Positions 49,350 through 59,312 of a stretch of 64,000 bases of DNA are shown one piece after another (position 1 is the first letter of the stretch; every line of letters starts with the position of its first letter). Origin of the DNA: an uncultured Actinomycetes bacterium (lineage in GTDB: Bacteria > Actinomycetota > Actinomycetes > Nanopelagicales > Nanopelagicaceae); NCBI GenBank assembly GCA_903928745.1, contig CAIYRR010000022.1:4650-68649 (forward strand), read 5' to 3'. A program made the translations under genes and the position numbers. The notes below the pieces were generated by a model. The model saw nothing but the letters and a program-made list of their open reading frames with translations. It was not told the origin of the DNA and ran no database searches.

Positions 49350-50598
49350 CTTTCTCTGTAATCGGTGCTTTTATTTTTCCTGCCATGGACATCAAGGCAG
49401 GGATAGGAATCCATCGGCCCTTCATAAGCATGTTCCAATAAATCCAACGGAAGGCCAGCTTGCCCATATGGTTAAGGCGGCTCTCGGCCAACAATGGCAT
49501 TGGACCAATCCAAGGCAATGGGAACTTTCCCTTGAGAGGTTCAGTCGTGTAGTTAAAGTCGATGAGAAGACCTTTGCCGTGACCTGATTCAATAAAGCAA
49601 TTGGCATGACCATCGAAATTGTGTTTCATTGGGCGGCCTTCTACATACTCAACGAAGTTCTCCGAGAATAAATCGATTGCAAAGTGAGCAACCGAGCCAG
49701 CTTTAGATGCTGGGATATCGGAGCCATCTCCCACTGCGAAGACGTTCTTGTATTTCTTCGATAAGAACGTTTCTTTGTCGACCGGGACGTAGTTCAGGTC
49801 ATCGCCCATTCCGGATCGACCCACAAAGTCGGCGCCCATATTAAGAGGAACGGTGACAAGTAAATCGAATGGAATCTCTCGTTCATCCATTGAGACCATT
49901 GTTTTTGTATCTGGGTCGATATGTTCAATAACAAAGTCTGGTTCAAGGGTGATCTTGCGATCAACCAACATAAATCCGAGTTGCTTGGAACATACTGGCT
50001 TCGTAAACGCACCCTCTAGAGGGGTTACATAGATAATTTCAACTTTGTCTCGCATGCCTTTATCTTCAAAATATGCATCTGCAAGAAATGCGAATTCAAG
50101 TGGAGCAACAGGACACTTAATAGGCATTTCAGTAATGTGAATAACTAGACGCCCACCTTTAAAGTCCTTAAGCGCGCCTCTCAGGGCTTTGGATCCTGCA
50201 AGAGTGTAGAAATCAAAGACACTCTTGTACCAAGTCTTAGGGTCATCCATTCCAGGAGTTTGATCTGGGCGGGGCGTTGTGCCCGATGCCATAACTAAAT
50301 AGTCGTAAGGCAATACCCGACCATCAGTGAGAAGGACTTGATTGGCTTCCGGCTCGACTTTATCTATGTCAGCCATCACGAAATCAACTCCCGCAGGTAG
50401 ATACTTCCTGCGGTCCTTTGTTATCTGCTCGGGTTCGTAACCACCAAAGGGAAGAAATAACAAGCCTGGCTGATAAATATGTTCTGTGTCTCGGTCAACA
50501 ATCGTGATTGACCAATCTTCTTTCTTCAAATTCCTTCGCAATTTCGTGGCGACCATTGTTCCTGCTGTGCCGCCGCCGAGTATAAGTAGCTTTCTCAT
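49327..50598 (-). CDS. sulfide:quinone oxidoreductase-like FAD-dependent oxidoreductase
   Basis: 423 aa with ILGGGTAGT, conserved Cys contexts IKCPVAP and ANCFIE, and an amphipathic C-terminus. Strong RBS AAGGAGGA. Confidence 0.78.
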   Translation of the reverse strand: MRKLLILGGGTAGTMVATKLRRNLKKEDWSITIVDRDTEHIYQPGLLFLPFGGYEPEQITKDRRKYLPAGVDFVMADIDKVEPEANQVLLTDGRVLPYDYLVMASGTTPRPDQTPGMDDPKTWYKSVFDFYTLAGSKALRGALKDFKGGRLVIHITEMPIKCPVAPLEFAFLADAYFEDKGMRDKVEIIYVTPLEGAFTKPVCSKQLGFMLVDRKITLEPDFVIEHIDPDTKTMVSMDEREIPFDLLVTVPLNMGADFVGRSGMGDDLNYVPVDKETFLSKKYKNVFAVGDGSDIPASKAGSVAHFAIDLFSENFVEYVEGRPMKHNFDGHANCFIESGHGKGLLIDFNYTTEPLKGKFPLPWIGPMPLLAESRLNHMGKLAFRWIYWNMLMKGRWIPIPALMSMAGKIKAPITEKVEEHASH

Positions 50599-50751
50599 CT
50601 GTCCTCCTTGACAATTTTCACTCTACTCGCGTGCAAAAGAGGGTTGTTGTTGATCTGTGATGACCCTTGTCTCACTCAAAATAATGAAATAACCACGCTT
50701 ACATATAGTGACCTGCGAGACAAGCAGGTGAGAGTCCTCACTCATTCTCCA

Positions 50752-51315
50752 TCACAAACTAGAAACGAATTCCTCAACTCCTAATTCGTAGATATCTTCT
50801 GGTCCATCTTCTTCATCAATTTGTTGACCTACTTTAGGAAAACCAAATTTATTAATCAAAGCGATTGAAGCAAGATTCGTTGGGCTCACTGTGTAGCGCA
50901 ATACCTTTACAAGTGGGTCTTGGCTTGCCCACATCCACATTCCTTTAATTGCTTCATACCCGAACCCTTTATTGTGAAATTGCGCATCAAGTCCCAACCC
51001 AATTTCAATCATTCCATCTTTGTCGGGTATGCCGTGAAAACTCGTGCTCCCTATAATTTCTTGAGTATCGGTTAAGACAATCCAGCGAAGAAACCATTTG
51101 TTAGATGTTTGGTCAGCCTTAACTTGAGGTACGCGCCAAGCAAGTGGCCCCTTATCATCAATAAGAACACGATAAGGGTTGCCGTAAGTGCGGTCGTCGT
51201 AAATTGCTTGATCCTCTGGTGTTTCAAAGAGTGAAATTAATCTACGAGGTGAAATGTGGTGTAGTTCAACCCTGTCACTGTAAATAACAGGTTGGATATC
51301 GTCGGACAATTGCAT
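50752..51315 (-). CDS. GNAT family N-acetyltransferase (RimJ/RimL-like)
   Basis: 187 aa with an acetyl-CoA-binding core (QFHNKGFGYEAI). Confidence 0.8.
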   Translation of the reverse strand: MQLSDDIQPVIYSDRVELHHISPRRLISLFETPEDQAIYDDRTYGNPYRVLIDDKGPLAWRVPQVKADQTSNKWFLRWIVLTDTQEIIGSTSFHGIPDKDGMIEIGLGLDAQFHNKGFGYEAIKGMWMWASQDPLVKVLRYTVSPTNLASIALINKFGFPKVGQQIDEEDGPEDIYELGVEEFVSSL

Positions 51316-51317
51316 AT

Positions 51318-51803
51318 TTATGACTCATCAAACTTAGAGATCGCGTATGAATAGTAATCGACAGGATTGCCGCCTTCGAGAAAGAGATCGTGCAGGATGC
51401 CTTCGAATTTCCAACCTGCCTTTTCAAAGGCCTTGCGCATGCCCGTATTCTCCTGGGAAGTTGAACCTTCAAGACGGTGATGCCCCTCGCCAAATGCGTA
51501 CGAAGCAACTGCTTTCAATGCTTGCGTTCCTATTCCATGGCCACGAGATTCTGGTGCCAATTCCAACCCCATGTGAAGAGCACCTGGTGGCATCGTGAAA
51601 TCACAATGTCGAAGTTGCATATCCCCCACTAATTCACCATCGGCTTCTATCGCCAAATGTAAATAGTGATCGAACCATTGCCCAGAGAGCATAAAGCGAT
51701 CACGAAAGCGTTCTATCTTTTCTGGAATAGAAATCTCGCGAATGACGCATGCGCGTTCAAATTCGCTTTCACGATATGGACGAAGAATCACACTCGATGT
51801 CAT
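51318..51803 (-). CDS. GNAT family N-acetyltransferase
   Basis: 161 aa with PESRGHGIGTQAL. Confidence 0.8.
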   Translation of the reverse strand: MTSSVILRPYRESEFERACVIREISIPEKIERFRDRFMLSGQWFDHYLHLAIEADGELVGDMQLRHCDFTMPPGALHMGLELAPESRGHGIGTQALKAVASYAFGEGHHRLEGSTSQENTGMRKAFEKAGWKFEGILHDLFLEGGNPVDYYSYAISKFDES

Positions 51804-51873
51804 AGGTAAACAATAGAAGATTGCGAGGGATTTCCCCTCTCATGCATTGAATTACGCAGGCTAGACTTGTGAA

Positions 51874-53085
51874 ATGCCCAAGAAAAGTTTCACCGCGAAA
51901 CTAAGGGCGCTGATTCCATCTGATCCAGCAATCCGCACAATGAGCCTTTCAACGTTGATCAACACCTTCGGCAACGGGCTCTTTGTCACAGTAGAGGTCA
52001 TTTATTTCACTCAAGTTATTGGGCTAACGCCAACCAAAGTGGCTCTTGCACTTTCAATCGCAGGTGGAGTATCACTTCTATTCAGCGTGCCAGCGGGACA
52101 CTTGGCTGACCGCAGCGGGCCAAGGGATATCGGGGTAATGGCCTATGCGGGTGAGGGAATCGCATTAGCTCTTTTATTCTTCGTGCACACATATATCCCA
52201 TTTCTCATCGTAAATATCTGTATGGGCATTCTCGGAACCATTGGCCAAACAATGTGAATGACAACAATTACTCGATTGGGTACACCTGACGAACGTGTGC
52301 GGATCAGGGCATACACCCGGTCCGTAACGAACCTCGGTATTGCACTTGGAACAGTATTTGCTGGGTTTGCATTAGCCATCAACACCCGGCAGGCCTACCA
52401 AGTGATGCTATTGCTTGATGCCGTCACTTTTCTTGGAGCCGCATTCGTATTTCATAGACTTCCTTATATCCAGCCGACTATCGAACGTGGTGAGCCATTT
52501 TCATTTGCTGCAATGAAGGACAAGGTCTTCCTCACCGCTACATTTCTGAATGGGATAATGTCATTTCACTTTGTCCTGCAAAATGTGGCGATACCTCTTT
52601 GGGTGGTAAAAGAAACTAATGCACCAAGATGGTGGGTTTCCATTATCTTGTTGGTAAATACGATCTGCGTAATATTTTTCCAAGTCCGATTTAGTCGGGG
52701 TTCTGGCGATGTAAGAAATGGAGCACGCCAGTTTCAACGAGCAGGTCTTGCTGTGGCGGTAGCTTGCTTGCTCTACTCACTCTCTGCTGGAGTTTCGACC
52801 ATTCTTGCTTGCTCGTTGCTCGTTGTAGCAATGCTGGTACATGTTTACGGTGAACTAGTGGGGTCGGTCGGATCCTGGAGTATTGGTTTTGGACTAGCAG
52901 ATGAAAAACATCAAGGTCAGTATCAAGGGGTGTATTCACTTAGCTGGGGCGTTGGCGGAACCGTCGGACCAGCTTTTGTTACGGCGATGGCAATCACTCT
53001 TGGAAAACAGGGTTGGATATATATGGCCATCATGTTTGCAGTTACTGGTGTGCTTATGAATCAACTCATTCAGCGAACTCGTTGA
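51874..53085 (+). pseudogene. MFS transporter interrupted by a single in-frame TGA (52255-52257)
   Basis: ORFs 51874..52257 (127 aa) and 52258..53085 (275 aa) are in the same frame: ...CAA ACA ATG TGA ATG ACA.... Together they make about 403 aa, the normal length of a 12-TM MFS protein. Confidence 0.7.
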
Positions 53086-53086
53086 T

Positions 53087-53557
53087 CTATTCGGCAAACT
53101 TTCGCAGCGCATCGCCGCTCAAACGGAAAGTTGTCCACTCATCCATTGGTTCGGCCCCAATTTGCTTGTATAGATCAATCGAAGGTTGATTCCAATCAAG
53201 TACCCACCACTGGAATCTTTCATAACCTCGTTCTACAGCAATAGCAGCGAGTTTCTTGAGCAGCGCCATCCCATAGCCATTACCTCGGTGTTCAGGAAGA
53301 ACAAATAAATCCTCTAGATAGAGACCAGGTTTGCCCAACCAAGTTGAGTAATTAAGGAACCACAAGGCGATCCCCACTACTTGACCTTGGACTTCGGCCA
53401 CGTGGCAAAAGGCAACAGGATGTTCTTGAAACAGTGAGTCGCGAATATCAGAAGCGTTTGCGAAGACATCATCTGGCGCCTTTTCATAAATAGCTAACTC
53501 ATGAATGAGGTGCATGATCGCTTCTTCATCACCTAAGACTGCTTCGCGAATAATCAT
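53087..53557 (-). CDS. GNAT family N-acetyltransferase (diamine/SSAT-like)
   Basis: 156 aa with HRGNGYGMALL and N-terminal IREAVLGDEEAIMHLIHELAIYEK. Confidence 0.85.
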   Translation of the reverse strand: MIIREAVLGDEEAIMHLIHELAIYEKAPDDVFANASDIRDSLFQEHPVAFCHVAEVQGQVVGIALWFLNYSTWLGKPGLYLEDLFVLPEHRGNGYGMALLKKLAAIAVERGYERFQWWVLDWNQPSIDLYKQIGAEPMDEWTTFRLSGDALRKFAE

Positions 53558-53576
53558 TGCGTTACCTTACAAGAAA

Positions 53577-54695
53577 TCATCTGAATTGATTTGGCAAGGG
53601 ATTGGCTTGAAAACCTTCGGTGTTGATTAAGACGACATTGGATTGATTCGTAATTCCCAACGCCATGCGAGCGCTTTCATCCGATAGGAGTACACGCAAT
53701 CCGGCAAGAGTTGCCCCGCCACAAGGACCCGAGTCAACCCCGTTTGCGTTGAGTTCCTTCACCGATACCGCGCATGCATCATCTTTGACAGAGACTGCGG
53801 CGCTGATACCTGACCGCAAGAGTGGCCATGCTGCCTCCGAAGGCGTCCCACAATTGAGACCGGCCATAATCGTTGGCGAAGTTTCTACACTGGTGCGAAC
53901 ATCTTTATGAAGTGATTCCAAGAGACACGCAGCAACGGTAGGTTCGACCGAAACCAATATCGGTTGAAAACGTGAAGCCCCTCGATAGTGTGCGACAACT
54001 GCATGAGCTAGAGAGCCCACTCCAACAGGAACAACTACTACATCTACCGAATGAGATCCCATTTGTTCATCAATTTCAGCGCACAATGTTTGATAGCCCT
54101 CAACTATCCATTGTGGGATTTCTTCATATCCATCCCATGACGTGTCCTGAATAAGAACCGCGCCGAGAATAGATTCTGTAAATTTACGAGCTTCATCTAC
54201 TGCGAAGTCATAGGAGGCATTGGTTTCGTGTATGAGCGCCCCTTCGCTTTCAATCGCAGCGATTGCTTCTGGGCTCACACCAAAGGGGATGAATATTTCA
54301 GCCTGGCATCCCAAGTATTTGGCCATCCTTGCAACAGCCCGACCATGATTGCCATCTGTTGCCGCGACAAGTAAAGAAATTCCACTTGATTGGGCGCTCT
54401 CTTTTATTGCCTTAAAAGTAAGTTCTGACTCAGGGATTCCTAACTTCGTCCCATACACCCGTGCAATTGCCCATGATGCGCCCAGAATTTTAAAGGCGGG
54501 CAAATCAAGACGTAAGGATTCATTCTTAACACTCACACTTGCAACATCTAATTCCTTCGCCAGATGTGGAAGTGAAATAAGCGGGCTTCGCGCGAAGCCA
54601 GGTATGGATGCATGAAACTTAGGAGCCCAGTTCTTGGCGGACTTATGCGTCCACTTATTTGCTTGCGGCTGCAAAAATGTAGGGAAAGAACTCAT
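53577..54695 (-). CDS. diaminopropionate ammonia-lyase-like PLP enzyme
   Basis: 372 aa, fold-type II PLP enzyme. The PLP-Lys context SLRLDLPAFKILGASWA is typical of DpaL/YgeX. Confidence 0.75.
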   Translation of the reverse strand: MSSFPTFLQPQANKWTHKSAKNWAPKFHASIPGFARSPLISLPHLAKELDVASVSVKNESLRLDLPAFKILGASWAIARVYGTKLGIPESELTFKAIKESAQSSGISLLVAATDGNHGRAVARMAKYLGCQAEIFIPFGVSPEAIAAIESEGALIHETNASYDFAVDEARKFTESILGAVLIQDTSWDGYEEIPQWIVEGYQTLCAEIDEQMGSHSVDVVVVPVGVGSLAHAVVAHYRGASRFQPILVSVEPTVAACLLESLHKDVRTSVETSPTIMAGLNCGTPSEAAWPLLRSGISAAVSVKDDACAVSVKELNANGVDSGPCGGATLAGLRVLLSDESARMALGITNQSNVVLINTEGFQANPLPNQFR

Positions 54696-54738
54696 GAGGA
54701 GATATTAACGGCTAGGCGCCTCTCGGTAGAGTCTGCCT

Positions 54739-55422
54739 ATGGCGACTTTCAAGAGTTCGGTTCTGAGCCAACTGCAATCAGCGCTTCCTGGAATGGGTCA
54801 AGCAAAGCGCGCAGCAGGGGCGCATGCCTACATGAAAGGTATTGCTCCATTTTTGGGAGTCACGACACCAGAACGTCGAGCCTTTGTCCGCCAGATGTGC
54901 AAAGAACTTTCTCCACCTTCATCGGATGAGTTAGGAAAGACTGCTCGAGCACTCTGGAAACTCGAAGAACGCGAATATCAATATGCTTCTAATGACTTGG
55001 TTTCGGTTTATTCAAGCCAATGCGATAAATCATTCTTGGCTGATCATGTGGAGTTTTTAATTTCGCATAAATCTTGGTGGGACACTGTTGATGGCCTTGG
55101 CGGGGTGGCGGTTTCTCCCCTTACGGTGAAATACCCACTCGTTTCACTAATGCGAAAATGGAATAAGAGCGATGACATGTGGCTCAATCGCGCAGCTATT
55201 CAGCACCAACGCGGACGAAAGTTTGATACCGACATCCCACTTCTATTTGAATTCTGCGATTATCACAGCGACAGAAATGAATTCTTCATCGCTAAAGCTA
55301 TTGGTTGGGCGTTGCGAGATCTCTCACGCATCGACAATTCTGCTGTCAAGAGATTCCTCAAGGATCACCCGAATCTCAATTGGGTAGCAGTCCGAGAAGC
55401 AAAGAAATTGGGTTTCCAATAA
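54739..55422 (+). CDS. DNA alkylation repair protein (AlkD-like HEAT-repeat glycosylase family)
   Basis: 227 aa with the C-terminal FIAKAIGWALRDLSR motif. Confidence 0.82.
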   Translation: MATFKSSVLSQLQSALPGMGQAKRAAGAHAYMKGIAPFLGVTTPERRAFVRQMCKELSPPSSDELGKTARALWKLEEREYQYASNDLVSVYSSQCDKSFLADHVEFLISHKSWWDTVDGLGGVAVSPLTVKYPLVSLMRKWNKSDDMWLNRAAIQHQRGRKFDTDIPLLFEFCDYHSDRNEFFIAKAIGWALRDLSRIDNSAVKRFLKDHPNLNWVAVREAKKLGFQ

Positions 55423-55479
55423 GAGCAAGAGTTAGGGGCGTTCAGCAACACTAAATGCATCTGTATTCCGAATTCCTAC

Positions 55480-56400
55480 CTATTTCTTGAAAGGGTGCGG
55501 AGTTGCTGACGTCTTTGGCACGCGCATCTTTGCAATCACGCTACCAGGAGAGGGATGGCAATACTGAGCGATACCTAAGTCTCCTGCAACCGAGAGAAAG
55601 ATGAAAGCATCCTCGATGGTGAAGCCCCACTCGTCAACCAACAACTTGGCCGCTTCATCGCACGCGTTTTGCAGCGCTTGATCAATATTGTCAGCTGTTG
55701 TTCCGTGAGTGATCCAGGAATCGGCCGTCTCAGTAATTGGCCAGCCACCAGATTTTCCCTTAATCAAATCAACTTTGATAATGGCAGTTCCACCAATTTC
55801 AACACCGGTGCCGGAAATTTCGCCATCACCCATGGACGCGTGCATGTCACCGATAGCCAATTGTCCGCCAGGTTGGAACACAGGTAAGTGAATCGTTGCG
55901 CCGATTCCATTCATGTTGTCATCCATATTTCCACCGTGACGCTTAGCTTCAAATGTAGGAATCGATCCACGTGCAGGGGCAACGCCAATCACACCAAACA
56001 TGGGGCGAGATGGCCAAGAGACATGATCATTCATATGAACAATGCCATCTTCTACTCTGAAGATACGAGTAGTTGGTGATTTCACTTTGTGAATGAGTTG
56101 ACCCCACTCAGGAATACACATTCCCGCACCTTTGCGGTCTGGGCGAATATCAATAAGAGTGACAGAGAGTGAATCCCCTGGTTCGGCGCCTTTAACGGCA
56201 ATCGGACCTGTCGCACTGTTAACGCGTGCTAAATCTAATTTCTCGACAGTGTCGCTTTCAGTTTGAACCTGTCCGGTGAAGCAATCCCATGTTTCGATTT
56301 CAATAACCGTGCCAGGATCAACGCTAACAACAGGGGCCATGTTTGCCTCATATGCCCAGATGTGTTGATCTTTGCTGATTTTAACAGTGGGTTGTTGCAT
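55480..56400 (-). CDS. acetamidase/formamidase family protein (paralog 1)
   Basis: FmdA_AmdA pattern (ATGPI..GAEPGD, GDMHASMGDGEISGTGVEI). Start set at Met12, because the track ORF overlaps the upstream gene. Confidence 0.85.
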   Translation of the reverse strand: MQQPTVKISKDQHIWAYEANMAPVVSVDPGTVIEIETWDCFTGQVQTESDTVEKLDLARVNSATGPIAVKGAEPGDSLSVTLIDIRPDRKGAGMCIPEWGQLIHKVKSPTTRIFRVEDGIVHMNDHVSWPSRPMFGVIGVAPARGSIPTFEAKRHGGNMDDNMNGIGATIHLPVFQPGGQLAIGDMHASMGDGEISGTGVEIGGTAIIKVDLIKGKSGGWPITETADSWITHGTTADNIDQALQNACDEAAKLLVDEWGFTIEDAFIFLSVAGDLGIAQYCHPSPGSVIAKMRVPKTSATPHPFKK

Positions 56401-56411
56401 GGAATATCTCC

Positions 56412-57380
56412 TTAGTTTTCTGGAAAATGACAAGCTACTTTGCGATTACCGATCTGTATCAGTGCTGGACTTTCTGATTTACATATTTCTTGAACCTTTG
56501 GACAACGAGGATTAAAGACACATCCACTTGGTCGATTGATCGGATTGGGGATATCTCCCTTGAGAATAATTCTCTCCGAAGTGTCATCGGAATTCATCCG
56601 AGGGTTTGCTGACAAAAGAGCTTTTGTATAAGGATGCGCGGGTGCGTCATAGAGGTCATCGGCTGGTGCAAGTTCTACAAGCTTGCCTAGGTACATCACT
56701 GCAATGCGATCTGAAACATGACGGACAACGCCTAGGTCGTGGGCGATGAAAATATAGGTGAGGTTGAATTCCTTCTGGAGATCTTTAAAGAGGTTAAGAA
56801 CCTGAGCTTGGATGGAAACATCCAGAGCAGATACTGGTTCGTCGGCTACAACTAGTCGAGGATTGAGTGCGAGAGCTCGGGCAATAACAATACGTTGACG
56901 TTGTCCGCCAGAGAATTCATGTGGGTATTTTTCGTAGGCTTCTAGATCTAGCCCAACTCGGCGAAGCAAATCTTTTGCAATCTTCTCTCGCTCTTGCTTG
57001 CCGACGCCATGAATGCGCAATGGTTCTTCAACAATCTTGCCAATCTGGCGACGAGGGTTAAGAGAGGCGTATGGGTCTTGGAAAATCATTTGAAGACGTT
57101 TACGAACGCTTCGTAGATTCTTATTGGAAAGTTTGGCTAGATCTTCGCCTTCGAAAATGATTTCCCCTGTTGTGGGTTCTTCAAGCCGAACAATCATGCG
57201 TCCAAGCGTTGATTTGCCGCAGCCAGATTCGCCAACAATGCCCAGGGTTTCACCTTCGACGATCTCAAGATTGATGTCCTCTACCGCGTGGACAACGTCT
57301 TTTCCGCGCGAAAAGGCAGACCCTAGTTCGTAATTCTTAGAGAGCGAATTAATGGAAAGGATTACCTTGGAATTACTCAT
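56412..57380 (-). CDS. oligopeptide/dipeptide ABC transporter ATP-binding protein (OppF/DppF-like)
   Basis: 322 aa with [17 protein letters not shown] and the C-terminal oligopeptide-type extension with CxxRC. Confidence 0.9.
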   Translation of the reverse strand: MSNSKVILSINSLSKNYELGSAFSRGKDVVHAVEDINLEIVEGETLGIVGESGCGKSTLGRMIVRLEEPTTGEIIFEGEDLAKLSNKNLRSVRKRLQMIFQDPYASLNPRRQIGKIVEEPLRIHGVGKQEREKIAKDLLRRVGLDLEAYEKYPHEFSGGQRQRIVIARALALNPRLVVADEPVSALDVSIQAQVLNLFKDLQKEFNLTYIFIAHDLGVVRHVSDRIAVMYLGKLVELAPADDLYDAPAHPYTKALLSANPRMNSDDTSERIILKGDIPNPINRPSGCVFNPRCPKVQEICKSESPALIQIGNRKVACHFPEN

Positions 57381-58351
57381 GAGCGATCACCTACTAAGAA
57401 ACATGCTGACCCGTGACCGGTTGCGTCAGCTATGAAGGCAGGTACTTCCGTGCAGGCTGCGTGCACTTTCGTACAGCGATTTGAAAAAGCACATCCTTGT
57501 GGCAGATTAAGTAGAGATGCAGGTTGACCTGGGATTGCATCCAAATGTTGCGATCGCGGACGATCTACACGGGGTACCGAATTCATTAACCCCTGCGTGT
57601 ATGGATGTTGAGGGTTGTCAAAGAGCGCCTTCTTGGTGGCACGTTCTACAGGACGCCCTGCGTACATGACCAAGACTTCATCTGCAATTTCAGAAACGAC
57701 TCCCATGTCATGAGTAATGATGATGATTGAAGAATTATGTTGTTTCTGCAAACGTTTCAGAAGATCCAATATCTGCGCCTGGATAGTGACATCAAGCGCC
57801 GTAGTTGGTTCATCTGCAATGAGCAGGGAAGGATTTAGCGCTAACGCCATTGCAATAATGGCACGCTGCCGCATTCCCCCAGAGAATTCATGTGGGTACT
57901 GGTTCACCCGCCTTGCAGGATCAGGGATGCCGACTTCATCCAAAATCTCAATTGCACGATTATGTGCTTCCTTTTTACTCAATTGCGTATGTAAGCGAAT
58001 CTGTTCAACAATGTGCCAACCCACTGAATACACGGGAGTAAGCGCGGTCATTGGATCTTGAAAAACCATCGCAATCTCTTTGCCACGGATTGAACGCATT
58101 GCTTGGTCATTTTTCTTAAGCAAATCCTGCCCATTGAAAAAAACCTCGCCAGATATCTTCACATTAGTATCACGCAACAAACCCATCACTGCATTCATAG
58201 AGACAGATTTGCCGGATCCGGATTCACCAACAATTCCTAATGTCTGACCTTTGCCCAAGGAGAAGGAGAGATCGTTGACTGCGCGAACATCACCTCGGCG
58301 AGTTTCGAAAGTGACGTGAAGGTTTTTTACCTCTAACAGTTTCTCAGACAC
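57377..58351 (-). CDS. oligopeptide/dipeptide ABC transporter ATP-binding protein (OppD/DppD-like)
   Basis: GESGSGKS and FSGGMRQR. The GTG start at 58351 overlaps the permease stop (GTGTCTGA). The track ORF extends to 58399. Confidence 0.9.
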   Translation of the reverse strand: MSEKLLEVKNLHVTFETRRGDVRAVNDLSFSLGKGQTLGIVGESGSGKSVSMNAVMGLLRDTNVKISGEVFFNGQDLLKKNDQAMRSIRGKEIAMVFQDPMTALTPVYSVGWHIVEQIRLHTQLSKKEAHNRAIEILDEVGIPDPARRVNQYPHEFSGGMRQRAIIAMALALNPSLLIADEPTTALDVTIQAQILDLLKRLQKQHNSSIIIITHDMGVVSEIADEVLVMYAGRPVERATKKALFDNPQHPYTQGLMNSVPRVDRPRSQHLDAIPGQPASLLNLPQGCAFSNRCTKVHAACTEVPAFIADATGHGSACFLVGDRS

Positions 58352-59312
58352 GTCGCACCCGTGGATCCAGAACTGCGTAGAGAACGTCCACCACCGCATT
58401 CATGAAGACAACGAAGAAGGCCGAGTACATGACCGTTGCCATAATTACAGGCAAGTCAAAATTCTGTAACGAATCAAAGGTAAGTTTTCCCACACCTTGA
58501 ATGCCAAATACGACTTCAGTAAGAAGTGCGTAACCTCCAACAAGGGCGCCGAAATCCAACCCAAAGAGGGAAACGATTGTCATCAAACTCATGCGGGTAG
58601 CGTGTTTATACAGAATGCGCTTTTCACTTGCACCTTTTGCACGCTCGGTCTTGATGTAGTCCTCGCCCATCACAACCATGATTTCGTTACGCAGAACTCT
58701 TACATAGATACCAGCGTAAAGAACTGCAAGCGTCAACCAAGGAAAGAGAAGGTGCAAAAACCATTGCCAGGGATTATCTGAGATCCCGACATAACCCAAC
58801 GGCGGAACCCAACGAAAAGCCGAGGTGTGTAATTTCGATTGTGTAATGAGGTTTACAACTTCACCAAGCCAATACACCGGCAAAGAGATTCCCACGATCC
58901 CTAGGAAGGAAATTGTCGGATCAATCCAGCGTTTCTTAGAACTCGCAGCCATGATTCCAAAGAAGATTCCCGCTAATAGCCATAAGACCGCTGCACCAAT
59001 TACAAGCGACATTGTGGCAGGGATTGCTTGAGAAAGTTGTGGGATAACTTTCGCTCCACGATTCACATAAGAAGTGAGATCGCGATCTACGAAAAGATGG
59101 CGCATCATTGATATGTATCGAAATGGAAGAGGTTTATCTAATTCAAAGGAATGTCGCACCTGCATAAGTGTCTGCTGATCAGCGTTACGTCCGGCAATAC
59201 GGGCAGCGGGATCTACTCCAGGGGTTGCAAAGAAGATAAAGAAGACCAAAATAGAAATTGATGTGAGTACAAAAACCATGGCAGATAAACGGCGAACAAT
59301 AAAGGCAAACAC
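58344..59312 (-). CDS. ABC peptide-type permease (DppB/OppB-like)
   Basis: 322 aa with N-terminal FAFIVRRL...PGVDP. GTG start, 1-nt overlap with the upstream stop. Confidence 0.9.
   Translation of the reverse strand: MFAFIVRRLSAMVFVLTSISILVFFIFFATPGVDPAARIAGRNADQQTLMQVRHSFELDKPLPFRYISMMRHLFVDRDLTSYVNRGAKVIPQLSQAIPATMSLVIGAAVLWLLAGIFFGIMAASSKKRWIDPTISFLGIVGISLPVYWLGEVVNLITQSKLHTSAFRWVPPLGYVGISDNPWQWFLHLLFPWLTLAVLYAGIYVRVLRNEIMVVMGEDYIKTERAKGASEKRILYKHATRMSLMTIVSLFGLDFGALVGGYALLTEVVFGIQGVGKLTFDSLQNFDLPVIMATVMYSAFFVVFMNAVVDVLYAVLDPRVRRV

Noticed and set aside
52255-52257. The in-frame TGA in the MFS gene read as selenocysteine.
   Set aside because: There is no redox-type Cys/Sec context, and I could see no obvious SECIS-like hairpin immediately downstream. 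A membrane-transporter loop is not a known selenoprotein site. It is kept only as a pseudogene/read-through question.
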